50,961 nucleotides of DNA, from NCBI GenBank assembly GCA_009695265.1, contig SIBE01000002.1, positions 1 to 50,961 on the forward strand, given 5' to 3'. The position numbers were made by a program, and so were the translations under genes. The notes below the pieces were generated by a model that had not been told where the DNA came from, made no database searches, and saw nothing but the letters and a program-made list of their open reading frames with translations. This stretch comes from Pedosphaera sp. (GTDB lineage Bacteria > Verrucomicrobiota > Verrucomicrobiia > Limisphaerales > SIBE01). Of the stretch, positions 1 to 9,705 are shown in pieces. Each line of letters opens with the position of its first letter. Position 1 is the stretch's first letter.

Positions 1-162
1 GGCGGCTGGGTTGTTTGACCGGTCGCTCTCTCTTTCCAAATGAATTGAGGCGCGAGAAAACCAACGCAGAAAACAAACAGAGCCGACCTCGAAAAAGACT
101 AGCTTAAAATTCGCGCCTCGTGGTCTTAACAATGGGGTCCACTTTTCACCCATCGTACGCAC

Positions 163-389
163 ATGACAATCAAGCAACTGAGTGAACACTTGATCATGCG
201 GCCGTTTCAGCCATTTGTAATCCGCACGGTGAGCGGTGCGCGTCATCCGGTGCAGCACCCTGATTATCTTTTGTTCCTCCTGTGGGAGATACTTTCCTCG
301 TCGTTCAGCCAGACGGGACAATGCATCACATTGGCATTTGCCACGTCGAAGCGGTGGAGACTCAGAGGAATGCAAACCGTTCGAAATAG
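163..389 (+). pseudogene. Frameshifted small hypothetical gene (~75 aa if repaired), PVC-type 'PFxPFxI...HPD' family
   Basis: Frame 1 gives MTIKQLSEHLIMRPFQPFVIRTVSGARHPVQHPDYLLF. The family-like continuation PPVGDTFLVVQPDGTMHHIGICHVEAVE...TAG (387-389) is in the -1 frame from about 276. One base appears to be missing near 268-276. Family recognised from memory. Confidence 0.55.
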
Positions 390-646
390 CTTCACATCCG
401 CCGCTGACCATCAGGCCTGCATCGTGATCTGCGAGACGCCAAAGGATCGCCGTAGATACACCAGTGTCTTGCCCGTCGAGTCTGAAATGTGAGTAGTCTG
501 TGCTATCCACAGAGTGACGCGCTCGATCCACCACCGGAACCATTCTCAATCTCTCCTGGTTCCCATCGCCCGGCTGAATCAACCCAGACGCGGTTGACAG
601 CTTGCTTGCGGTGGTGAGCGGCCTCTATCCTGCTGTGGATTTTGAA

Positions 647-3600
647 ATGAAAATTAGCACTCTTGGCTCCCTTTTCCTGCTCCTGGCCTTCCTCACTTCA
701 ACCGGATCTTTGAATGCGGACGTGGTGATCAGTGAATTCCTGGCGAGCAACACGAAGACCCTGGCAGACAGGGATGGGGACTATTCCGACTGGATCGAAC
801 TTCACAATACGGATGTCGCGCCGGTGAACGTGGGAGGCTGGTATTTGACGGACTCGGCGAATGACTTGCAGAAGTGGAGATTGCCTTCCGTGACGATTGG
901 ACCCAGTGGCTACGTGATCGTCTATGCGTCGGGCAAGGACAGGGCCGTTGCCGGTGGTGAGCTTCACACCAACTTCAGCCTGTCGAGCGGTGGAGAGTAT
1001 CTAGGTTTGATAAAGCCGGACGGGAAAACCGTCGTTTATGAATTCAACGCGGAGTATCCAGAGCAGCACAATGATGTCTCTTACGGAAGCGTGGGCAACA
1101 GCCAGCACTACTTTAGCAGCCCGACGCCAGGTTCCCCCAATGGTGTCGGCTTTATCGCTTATGCCGGGTCGCCGAAGTTCAGTCACGACCGTGGCTTCTA
1201 TGACGCGCCGTTCATCTTGAACATCACGAGTGAGACGCCAGGGGCGATGATTCGCTACAGCACCAATGGTATTGAACCCTCGGCAACGAACGGCGTGGTT
1301 TACACCGGACCAATCACGATTGACCGCACCACGGTGTTGCGCGCGTTGGTGTCGAAGGAGAACTATCAATCCTCCAAGGTCGCCACTCAGACTTACCTCT
1401 TTTTGGAGGACGTCATCCGCCAGTCGCCTGATGGCAAACCACAAGCGGGCTGGCCAACGAAATGGGGCAGTAACGTAGTCAATTACGGGATGGACCCTGA
1501 CGTGGTGGAAAACCCGCTTTATCGCGACACAATCAAAAACGACTTGAAGACAATCCCATCGTTCTGCGTGGTGATGGACCTTACGGATCTGTTCAACTCT
1601 TCAACAGGCAACTACGCGAACCCTGGGCAGGACGGTGCCGCCTGGGAACGTCCCTGCTCGCTGGAGCTTGTTTATCCAGATGGTAGAAAAGGGTTTCAAA
1701 TCAACGCGGGCACTCGCATCCGGGGCGGATTCAGCCGCTCACGCGACAATCCGAAACACGCACTGCGCTTCTTTTTCCGGGAGGAGTACGGCGACGCGAA
1801 ACTAAAGCATCCCTTGTTTGGAAAGAACGGCACAGACGCGTTTGATGCCATCGATCTGAGGACATTCCAGAATTACTCGTGGAGTTTCCAGGGCGATCCC
1901 CAGGGTGTTTTCATTCGCGATCAATTCTCTCGCGACACGCAATTAGCGATGGGCCAGCAGGGCGAGCGCGGCGATTATTATCACCTCTATATCAACGGAG
2001 TCTATTGGGGACTCTACAACACTTGTGAACGTCCGGAAGCATCCTACGGCGCGACTTACTTCGGAGGAAACAAGGAGGACTTCGACGTGATCAAGGTCGA
2101 AGCGGGTCCATACTCGATAAATGCAACCGACGGCAACATGTCCGCCTGGACGCAGCTTTACACTCTCAGCAAGCCAGGTTTGACCAACAACGATGCCTAC
2201 TTCCGAATACAGGGCAGAAATGCGGACGGCACGCTGAACCCAGCTTACACGAACCTCGTGGATGTGGTGAACCTGATCGATTACATGCTTGTGATCGTTT
2301 ATGGCGGAAATCTGGATGCTCCGATCTCGAACTTCCTCGGCAACTCAAGTCCCAACAACTGGTATGGGATGCGTAATCGCGTTGGCACGGATGGCTTTCG
2401 CTTCTTCGCCCACGACGCCGAACACACGCTCCTGGAGGTGAACCAAAACCGTATGGGCCCTTTTTCCTCCGGCGACAGTTCGGTGCTCAAGAGCAACCCT
2501 CAATGGATCTGGCAGAAAATGTGGGCAAATCAGGAGTTTCGCATTCTTGCCGCCGACCGCATCCATAAACACTTCTTCAACGCTGGCGCGCTCACTCCCC
2601 AGTCGGCGCGTGAACGGTTTTTGAAGCGGAAAAACGAGATCGATCGAGCGGTGGTGGGAGAATCCGCCCGCTGGGGGGATTCCAAACGTGCCACACCGTT
2701 GACTCGTGTTGACTGGTTGAAGTCGGTGAACAACATTCTCACCAATTATCTCCCAAAGCGAAGCGACATCGTCTTGAACCAACTCAAGTCAAAGGGCCTT
2801 TATCCCAGTGTCGTGGCACCGGCTTTTAATCAACACGGAGGAGGCATCGCCCCGGGCTTCAGTCTGACAATCTCCGCTCCGATCGGAGTCATTTATTTCA
2901 CCCGCGACGGCAGCGATCCGCGCCTGCTGGGTGGAGCGATAGCGCCGAGTGCGACGGTCTCTACGCAACCTCTCATCCTCAATGAAAGCACGTTTGTGAA
3001 GGCGCGCGTTCTGGCGGACAACGTCTGGAGCGCTTTGCTCGAAGGGGAATTCACGATCACCCGCAAGCTTCAAGATCTGTTACTCACGGAGATCATGTAC
3101 AATCCGCCCTTGGAAAACGGGCAAGATGGAGATCACTTCGAGTTCATTGAGTTGAAGAATGTGGGGAAATTGCCGCTGGATTTAAGCGGCGTGCATTTCA
3201 CGGAGGGAGTCGGTTTCACCTTTCCGCCCGGAACGCAGCTCGCGCCCGGAGAGTTCGCTGTGCTTGTGAGCAACCCGGCTGTGTTCGTCACCAAACATCC
3301 AGGAGTCCGGATCGCTGGCGCTTATCAAGGCCATCTCTCTAACGGCGGCGAAAAGTTGACGCTAGCCCAGACTTCCGGCGAAATCGTTTTTTCGGTGGAT
3401 TTCAAGGACAACGCGCCTTGGCCGGTGGCGGCTGACGGCACCGGGCTCTCGCTCGTCCCCGTGAACCCGAATGTGAGCCTCGACCCCAATGACGCTGCGA
3501 ACTGGCGCGCGAGTTCCAAGCCGGGAGGTTCCCCGGGCGCGGACGATGTGCCAGCATTGACAGGCCTTGCGGTCATTAACGAAATCTCGACCCACAGCGA

Positions 3601-6010
3601 CCCGATCGAGGTCGATCGGATCGAGTTGCATAATCCAACAGCGGCACCAGTGAACGTCGGCGGCTGGTTCCTGACGGATGATAGGAATCATCCAAAGAAA
3701 TTCCGCATTCCCGCAGGCACTGTTATTCCGCCCGATGGCTACAAGGTTTACTCGGAAGCGGATTTCAATCCTCAGCCTGGCATCGACTCCAGTTTCTCGC
3801 TCAGTTCATTCGGCGAAGAGGTGTATCTCTTTTCCGCAGATGCCACCGGTAACCTCACTGGGTTTAGCGATGGCTTCAACTTTGGAGGGTCGGAGAACGG
3901 GGTCAGTTTTGGGCGACACACCAACACAGTCGGTGAAATCCAGTATCCCGCGCAGATCATCAAGACTCTCGGAAGTGTCAACAGCGGTCCGCGTGTCGGA
4001 CCTGTGGTGATCAATGAGATCCAATACCATCCCTCGTCGAGTGGAGAAGAGTTCATCGAGTTAAAGAATATCTCCGGCGAAACGGTGAAATTCTACAACC
4101 CTCAACATCCCACCGACACCTGGCGACTCGATGGCGTGGGGTTCGAGTTCCCTCAAAACTTCGCGCTGACTCCAAATGGGTTTGTGCTGTTCGTCGCCAC
4201 CGATCCCCGGGCGTTCCGCAGTCATTACGGCGTCTCCAACACAGTGCCTATCTTTGGGCCTTACACGGGTTCATTGCAGGACAATGGGGAATGGCTTCGC
4301 CTTCTCCGGCCTGATAATCCAGATATTCTTTCGGATGGAACCGCGATGGTTCCGTTCATCACCGTCGATGAGGTTCGCTACAACAATGCTCTGCCATGGC
4401 CGCTGGATGCGGGGGGATTTGGAGCATCGATTGAGCGGATTAACTCGCAGGCTTACGGCAATGATCCCGCCAACTGGCGCGCGAGCTTTGGACCACCGTC
4501 ACCCGGACTCGAAAACATCGACAACCGCGCTCCTCGCGTGAATGCGGGCGCTGATCAAGCGTTGCAAGCCACCACATTTCCGACCACGGCAACGTTAAAT
4601 GCTACGGTCATCGATGACGGGCTTCCCAACCCGCCAGGAACGATTGCCTCCAAATGGACGCAAGTGAGTGGTCCCGGTCCGGTGCTGTTTGCCAATGCCG
4701 CTCAGACGGCGACGACAGCCAGTTTTCCGGGGGGCGGCGTTTACACCCTGCGCTTCGCTGCGGACGACGGGCAGTTCCAGGCTGGCGATGAGGTAACGGT
4801 GACCGTCGAACGGGCCTCATCCAAAGCAGCTTTCATCGCGACTGGATCCGTGTGGAAGTATTCGGACAAGGGCACTGATCTGAGTGACACGTGGCGCGAG
4901 TCGAAGTTCGATGATTCCGCGTGGGCTTCCGGCAAGGCGCAACTGGGATATGGTGACGGAGACGAGGCGACCACTGTCAGTTTCGGACCCAACGCGAACA
5001 ATAAATATACGACCACTTACTTCCGACGGGTGTTCTCCGTCGTGAATGCGACCAGTGTCGCCAGCATGAATTTGCGAATTCTGCGCGACGACGGTGCCGT
5101 GGTTTACCTGAATGGAAAGGAGATCTTTCGCAGCAACATGCCCGAAGGCGATATCGCCTTTGCCACGTTTGCCAGCGCTGTCGTCAGTAATGACGATGAA
5201 ACGGTCAATTTCTTCGAAAGTGGTGTTGATGTCGGCGCGTTGGTCAGCGGCGTCAATGTGCTGGCGGTTGAAGTTCACCAGGTGAACCTCACGAGCACCG
5301 ACATCAGCTTTGACCTTGATCTCACTGCGCTTCTCCAGCCCTCGAATCAGACACCTGTCGTAAGTGCGGGAACCGTTGGCGCTGGTTCCGCCAATTCACC
5401 CATCGCCCTCAATGGCAGCGCAACGGACGATGGGTTGCCCATTCCACCTGGTCAACTGACCACCACTTGGTCAAAAGTAGGCGGTCCCGGCACGGTTGTT
5501 TTCGTCAACGCGAACGCTGCAAAGACGACGGCGGTGTTTTCCGATGCGGGAACGTACGTGCTCCGGCTCACATCTGGCGACGGAATGCTTTCTGCCCGGC
5601 ATGAGGTGACAATCACGGTGACCAGCGACGCTTTCGCTGCGTGGAAGGCGCTCTACTTCACCGCTGCCGAACTGGCCGATCCAAATTTTAGTAGTTCCGA
5701 TGCTGACCCCGACCGAGATGGACACAGCAATGCGCAGGAATTCATCGCGGGAACGCATCCGCAAGAGTCGTCCAGCGTCCTCAGAGCGACTTCAGTCGAA
5801 AGAACGGTTGCTGGAGTAAAGATTCGCTTTGGCGCTGTGACAGGCAAGACTTACACCGTTCAGGCGTACGAAACAGTGGGCTCAGGTGCCTGGATCAAGG
5901 TGAGGGATTTAGCGGCGTCCAACATCACCGGGCCGGCTGAAGTCATCGACAGTTCCGATGCCGCCGGTGCGATCCGTTTCTATCGCATCGTAACGCCGCA
6001 ACAACCATAG
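647..6010 (+). CDS. Large secreted multidomain protein: lamin-tail domains, CotH-family kinase domain, FN3-like and PKD/Ig-like modules, verrucomicrobial-type C-terminus
   Basis: Signal peptide from ATG 647 (MKISTLGSLFLLLAFL...LNA). Repeated LTD starts (VVISEFLASN, LLLTEIMYNP, AVINEI, VVINEIQY). CotH-like motifs RIRGGFSR..PKH, LYINGVYWGLY..CER and FAHDAEH. Two 'DDGLP.PPG..W..V.GPG.V.F' Ig-like repeats. C-terminal DPDRDGHSNAQEFIAGTHP and RFYRIV. The ORF track starts at TTG 602. Confidence 0.85.
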   Translation: MKISTLGSLFLLLAFLTSTGSLNADVVISEFLASNTKTLADRDGDYSDWIELHNTDVAPVNVGGWYLTDSANDLQKWRLPSVTIGPSGYVIVYASGKDRAVAGGELHTNFSLSSGGEYLGLIKPDGKTVVYEFNAEYPEQHNDVSYGSVGNSQHYFSSPTPGSPNGVGFIAYAGSPKFSHDRGFYDAPFILNITSETPGAMIRYSTNGIEPSATNGVVYTGPITIDRTTVLRALVSKENYQSSKVATQTYLFLEDVIRQSPDGKPQAGWPTKWGSNVVNYGMDPDVVENPLYRDTIKNDLKTIPSFCVVMDLTDLFNSSTGNYANPGQDGAAWERPCSLELVYPDGRKGFQINAGTRIRGGFSRSRDNPKHALRFFFREEYGDAKLKHPLFGKNGTDAFDAIDLRTFQNYSWSFQGDPQGVFIRDQFSRDTQLAMGQQGERGDYYHLYINGVYWGLYNTCERPEASYGATYFGGNKEDFDVIKVEAGPYSINATDGNMSAWTQLYTLSKPGLTNNDAYFRIQGRNADGTLNPAYTNLVDVVNLIDYMLVIVYGGNLDAPISNFLGNSSPNNWYGMRNRVGTDGFRFFAHDAEHTLLEVNQNRMGPFSSGDSSVLKSNPQWIWQKMWANQEFRILAADRIHKHFFNAGALTPQSARERFLKRKNEIDRAVVGESARWGDSKRATPLTRVDWLKSVNNILTNYLPKRSDIVLNQLKSKGLYPSVVAPAFNQHGGGIAPGFSLTISAPIGVIYFTRDGSDPRLLGGAIAPSATVSTQPLILNESTFVKARVLADNVWSALLEGEFTITRKLQDLLLTEIMYNPPLENGQDGDHFEFIELKNVGKLPLDLSGVHFTEGVGFTFPPGTQLAPGEFAVLVSNPAVFVTKHPGVRIAGAYQGHLSNGGEKLTLAQTSGEIVFSVDFKDNAPWPVAADGTGLSLVPVNPNVSLDPNDAANWRASSKPGGSPGADDVPALTGLAVINEISTHSDPIEVDRIELHNPTAAPVNVGGWFLTDDRNHPKKFRIPAGTVIPPDGYKVYSEADFNPQPGIDSSFSLSSFGEEVYLFSADATGNLTGFSDGFNFGGSENGVSFGRHTNTVGEIQYPAQIIKTLGSVNSGPRVGPVVINEIQYHPSSSGEEFIELKNISGETVKFYNPQHPTDTWRLDGVGFEFPQNFALTPNGFVLFVATDPRAFRSHYGVSNTVPIFGPYTGSLQDNGEWLRLLRPDNPDILSDGTAMVPFITVDEVRYNNALPWPLDAGGFGASIERINSQAYGNDPANWRASFGPPSPGLENIDNRAPRVNAGADQALQATTFPTTATLNATVIDDGLPNPPGTIASKWTQVSGPGPVLFANAAQTATTASFPGGGVYTLRFAADDGQFQAGDEVTVTVERASSKAAFIATGSVWKYSDKGTDLSDTWRESKFDDSAWASGKAQLGYGDGDEATTVSFGPNANNKYTTTYFRRVFSVVNATSVASMNLRILRDDGAVVYLNGKEIFRSNMPEGDIAFATFASAVVSNDDETVNFFESGVDVGALVSGVNVLAVEVHQVNLTSTDISFDLDLTALLQPSNQTPVVSAGTVGAGSANSPIALNGSATDDGLPIPPGQLTTTWSKVGGPGTVVFVNANAAKTTAVFSDAGTYVLRLTSGDGMLSARHEVTITVTSDAFAAWKALYFTAAELADPNFSSSDADPDRDGHSNAQEFIAGTHPQESSSVLRATSVERTVAGVKIRFGAVTGKTYTVQAYETVGSGAWIKVRDLAASNITGPAEVIDSSDAAGAIRFYRIVTPQQP

Positions 6011-6243
6011 GTGGGCGCGACATCATTTGCGAAAGCGTGGCTAATATGATGAAAACATCAGGCATCTCTTGACTATGATGAGATACTCACATGAAGACGC
6101 TGTAGCTGGAGTTCCATGTGCAGATCTTTGAATTCGATTCATCACTCCAATGTACGAATTGTCCAGAACTTCGACGAAAACGGGTGCTGAAGAAATTTGC
6201 TGAATTTTCGCCCACCCTTCGCTAACGTCTGAACCCAAGCCCC

Positions 6244-8055
6244 ATGAACACCAAACTACTTGCCATCTCCATTGCCACCGTCTTGTTTGGCGGCGTGCTC
6301 TGCGAAGCTCAAGACCGCTCCCAGGCCCGTTCGATGACCGTCACGCGCTACGGCATCGTCGCGACCGAACAACCTCTCGCCTCGCAAGCTGGCGCTCAGA
6401 TTCTCGCTCAAGGCGGAAATGCGATCGATGCGGCCGTGGCAGCGAACGCCGTATTGGGACTCACCGCGCCAATGATGTGCGGCATTGGCGGCGATCTCTT
6501 TGCCATAGTTTATGACGCAAAGAGCCAACATCTGTTCGGCCTCAACGCCAGCGGATGGGCACCAGCCGGTCTCACGCCCGAGTTTCTCAAAGCTCAAGGC
6601 TTCACCACCATGCCTCAAAAAGGCATTCACGCAGTAACCGTTTCGGGCTGCGTCGAGGGCTGGCAGAAATTATTGGATCGCTTCGGGCGGAAGAAATTCT
6701 CCGAAGTGCTCGCGCCGGCCATCCGGATTGCTGATGAAGGCTTTCCCGTCACGGAGATGATCTCAGAGTTCTGGTCGGGCGCGAAAACGGCGTTTCGAGA
6801 TGATCCATCAGGAACGCGAACCTATGTGCCGGACGGACGGACTCCGAAGCTCGGCGAAATTTTCCGCAACCCCGACCTCGCCTGGTCGTACCGCCAGATT
6901 GCGATGCGCGGTCGTAAAGCATTTTACGAAGGAACCATCGCAAAACGGATTCTCGAATGTTCGGCAACACACAGCGGAACGTTTCACCCAGATGATCTTC
7001 GCCAATTTACCGCTGAATGGGTCATCCCAATTTCCACGACTTATCATGGATGGACGGTTTACGAAATTCCCCCGAACGGCCAAGGCATCGCAGCGTTGAT
7101 GATGTTGAACTTGATGGAGAACTATCCGATGGGCGAGTACGGAGCAGCCTCCACCACCGCTCTCCATGTCGAAATCGAAGCGAAGAAGCTCGCTTATGCC
7201 GACATGCTTCGTTACGTCGCCGACCAGCGATTCGCGAAGACGCCGGTCGCCGGCATGCTATCGAAAAGCTACGCCAGAGAGCGCTCGAAATTGATCGATC
7301 CTGATCGAGCTAATTGCCATGTGGAAGCGGGCAAACCCTTTGAAACGGGCACGGACACGACTTATCTCTGTGCCGTGGACAAAGAAGGCAACATGATTTC
7401 AATCATTCAGAGCAACTATACTGAGCGCGGTCACAAACTGCGCTTTTGGCACCGTGACACTTGAGTTGTCAAGTAGCTCACAATCAATGGGAAGCGACCA
7501 TTTTCGCTCGATTTCAAAAAGCGCAATCTATGGCCGCGCAGAGTATACAACGGGTTTGGTGCCGGGCTGGTGCCGGAAGGCACCGGGTTTTCGCTTCAAA
7601 ACCGTGGAGGGCTCTTCTCCCTGAATCCTACTCATCCGAACATCCTCATCGCACGCAAGCGCCCATTGCACACGATTATTCCTGGATTTATGACGAAGGG
7701 TGATGTGAAGATTGCGTTCGGAATCATGGGCGGCTTCAACCAAGCCCTCGCCCACGCACAATTTGCGTCGAACATTGCCGACCATCGGATGAACATCCAG
7801 GCAGCGCTCGAAGCCCCCAGGTTTACTAAAACAACATTCGACGGCTGTGACGTGTTGATTGAATCCCGTGTGTCGGACGCAACTCGGGCCGCGCTCACCA
7901 CCAAAGGCCATCAACTGTCCGTCAAGGGTCCGTTCTCGCCGACGATGGGGAGTGGGCAGGCGGTTCTCAGAGATTTTTCCTCGGGCGTAAACTTCGGCGC
8001 AACCGATCCTAGGAATGATGGGCTCGCGATTCCGGAACCTACTCGCCTCAAGTGA
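6244..8055 (+). pseudogene. ggt: Gamma-glutamyltransferase family gene interrupted by an insertion
   Basis: Signal peptide, GGNAIDAAVA, GIGGDLF, PPNGQG and the autocatalytic D-TTYL motif lie in ORF 6244-7464. QNRG, KRPLHTIIPG, GIMGG and DPR lie in ORF 7570-8055, same frame. Removing 129 bp (7419-7547) restores IQSNYNGFGAG. Confidence 0.9.
7419..7545. mobile_element. 127-bp MITE-like non-autonomous element (IS630/Tc1-mariner-type TA duplication)
   Basis: Imperfect ~31-bp terminal inverted repeats: left TACTGAGCGCGGTCACAAACTGCGCTTTTGG, right (reverse complement) TACTCTGCGCGGCCATAGATTGCGCTTTTTG. Flanked by TA at 7417-7418 and 7546-7547. No transposase. Precise removal restores the ggt sequence. 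Confidence 0.85.
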
Positions 8056-8064
8056 GAAAAAGCC

Positions 8065-8577
8065 TCAGAAACCAAGTTTCTGTAACTCGTTCTGAAGTTC
8101 GACTTGAAAGTCCTCAACATCCGCAGGCAGCGGGCGGTAGCCCGTCTGTTTTGGCGAAAGCCCCAACCGTCCCATTTGATCGAGATACCAGGCCGCTATC
8201 TGGCCGTCGCTGAAAGTGACGCTGCCGCTGACTAGCGTGCCGGGAGCTGTCACAGCATCGACCTTCAAACTGACCTTGCTCCCTATCGGAAGCGTTTCCT
8301 CTCCCGGCGCAGGAGGTGACTCAGACAGTGGCTGCGGTGGTGATTTCGACTCCGCACCCGATGCGGATGAACTCGTCGTACTAACGATCTGTTTGTCCGC
8401 TTGTGGTGCGGGCTGGTCCTTGGGCACGAGTTGGAGATCATCCAACAAAAATCGGACCTCCATGTAGGTCATCCGGACGCCAAGTTCCGAGTCCAGGCGT
8501 TTCTGGATGTCTGAAAGTTTCAATCCTTCCGCAATCCACTCCTCTACCTTCTTTTTCTGTGCTTCATTCAAATTCAT
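8065..8577 (-). CDS. Hypothetical protein (small N-terminal helical domain, P/S-rich linker, C-terminal beta domain)
   Basis: 170-aa ORF with ATG start and natural composition. It converges on the ggt 3' end. Confidence 0.75.
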   Translation of the reverse strand: MNLNEAQKKKVEEWIAEGLKLSDIQKRLDSELGVRMTYMEVRFLLDDLQLVPKDQPAPQADKQIVSTTSSSASGAESKSPPQPLSESPPAPGEETLPIGSKVSLKVDAVTAPGTLVSGSVTFSDGQIAAWYLDQMGRLGLSPKQTGYRPLPADVEDFQVELQNELQKLGF

Positions 8578-8731
8578 AATTCAGTGCTCAAGTATTCGGC
8601 TCCATCGCGGGGTCGGGTTCAACAGAAATCTTTCCTGAATCAGATTATGCCATGCGCCATCAACATGGGCAGGCTCTCCTCCGATTGTGAAATTCAATCT
8701 TGGACAGCAATATGCATCCTGCGCAGGTAAC

Positions 8732-8757
8732 AAAAAAGCGCCGCTCAAGGCGGCGCT
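8732..8757 (-). terminator. Rho-independent terminator after rplW
   Basis: Minus strand AGCGCCGC-CTTGA-GCGGCGCT followed by a T run, about 25 nt after the rplW stop. Confidence 0.75.
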
Positions 8758-8765
8758 CAAGGCGG
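8742..8765. repeat. 12-bp perfect tandem duplication (CGCTCAAGGCGG)x2
   Basis: Read directly at 8742-8753 and 8754-8765. Confidence 0.85.
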
Positions 8766-8781
8766 TTAAGAATCTTGTCAA

Positions 8782-9063
8782 TCAAGCCATCTGTATCTTG
8801 TCGCCCTGCTTGAGAGTAACAATGGCTTTCTTCCAATTCGGATCAGCACCAGCCTGGGCTGTTCGTTGGCGGCGGTCTTTGCCTCGCACGTTGAGCGTGT
8901 TGATGCTGATAACTTTGACTTTGAAAAGCTCCTGCACGGCTTGGCGAATTTGGATTTTGTTGGCGCGCGGATCAGCCACAACCGTGTATTGGTTGAATTT
9001 TTCAGATTGCCTTGCGCCCTTCTCGGTCACACGCACCGTTTTGATCACTTCAAATGAGTTCAT
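8782..9063 (-). CDS. rplW: 50S ribosomal protein L23
   Basis: TEK, ANKIQIRQAVQELFKVKV, WKKAIVTL; follows rplD. Confidence 0.97.
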   Translation of the reverse strand: MNSFEVIKTVRVTEKGARQSEKFNQYTVVADPRANKIQIRQAVQELFKVKVISINTLNVRGKDRRQRTAQAGADPNWKKAIVTLKQGDKIQMA

Positions 9064-9066
9064 CGC

Positions 9067-9693
9067 TTAGTCCTGCTTCAAACGTTCCTCTACTTTTTCA
9101 AAGGCACTGCGTGTAAATATTAGCTTGTTGACACGGAGCACCTGGTAAGTGTTCAAAGTGTCGCTCGTGGTCAGTTCTACATCTGTCAGATTCCGCGTAG
9201 CCAGAAGAAGATTCTGGTCAACGGCTGGAACCACGATAATCGAAGTGCCCTCAACCTGAAGCGCAGCGAGCACGCCTACTACCTCCTTGGTCTTCGGAGC
9301 TGTCAGTTTCAAATCGTCCACTATCATAAGGTCGCCGGCCTTGATGCGTTCGGAGAGAGCTTTCCTCAAAGCCAATTGCTTCGTGCTCCTGCTCACCTTC
9401 TTACGGAAGTCACGTGGTTTTGGACCGAAAACCACACCGCCACCAACCCAGATTGGACTCGCGAATGAACCTGCGCGCGCGCGACCAGTGCCCTTTTGCT
9501 TCCATGGCTTCTTGCCGGAACCGGCAACTTCTCCCATGGTCTTGGTGCAGGCAGTTCCGCTACGTTGTGCCGCACGATGCGCCGTCACAACGTCGTGTAC
9601 GGCTTGAGTACCGCGGCCGTCTTCGATTGTGGCGAACGTCACGTCCAACTCACCCTGATCATTTCCCTTGCTGTCTTTGATTGTAAGCTTCAT
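9067..9693 (-). CDS. rplD: 50S ribosomal protein L4
   Basis: KKPWKQKGTGRARAGS..SPIWVGGGVVFGPKPR. Confidence 0.98.
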   Translation of the reverse strand: MKLTIKDSKGNDQGELDVTFATIEDGRGTQAVHDVVTAHRAAQRSGTACTKTMGEVAGSGKKPWKQKGTGRARAGSFASPIWVGGGVVFGPKPRDFRKKVSRSTKQLALRKALSERIKAGDLMIVDDLKLTAPKTKEVVGVLAALQVEGTSIIVVPAVDQNLLLATRNLTDVELTTSDTLNTYQVLRVNKLIFTRSAFEKVEERLKQD

Positions 9694-9705
9694 GTGCCTC
9701 CAGGA

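Noticed and set aside
7461-7476. In-frame TGA and TAG in ggt as selenocysteine/pyrrolysine recoding
   Set aside because: Both stops lie inside the inverted-repeat-bounded insertion and not at conserved GGT positions.
7419-7545. The insertion as a self-splicing intron or intein
   Set aside because: It is too short, has no group I/II core or intein motifs, and contains stops. The terminal repeats plus TA duplication fit a DNA element better.
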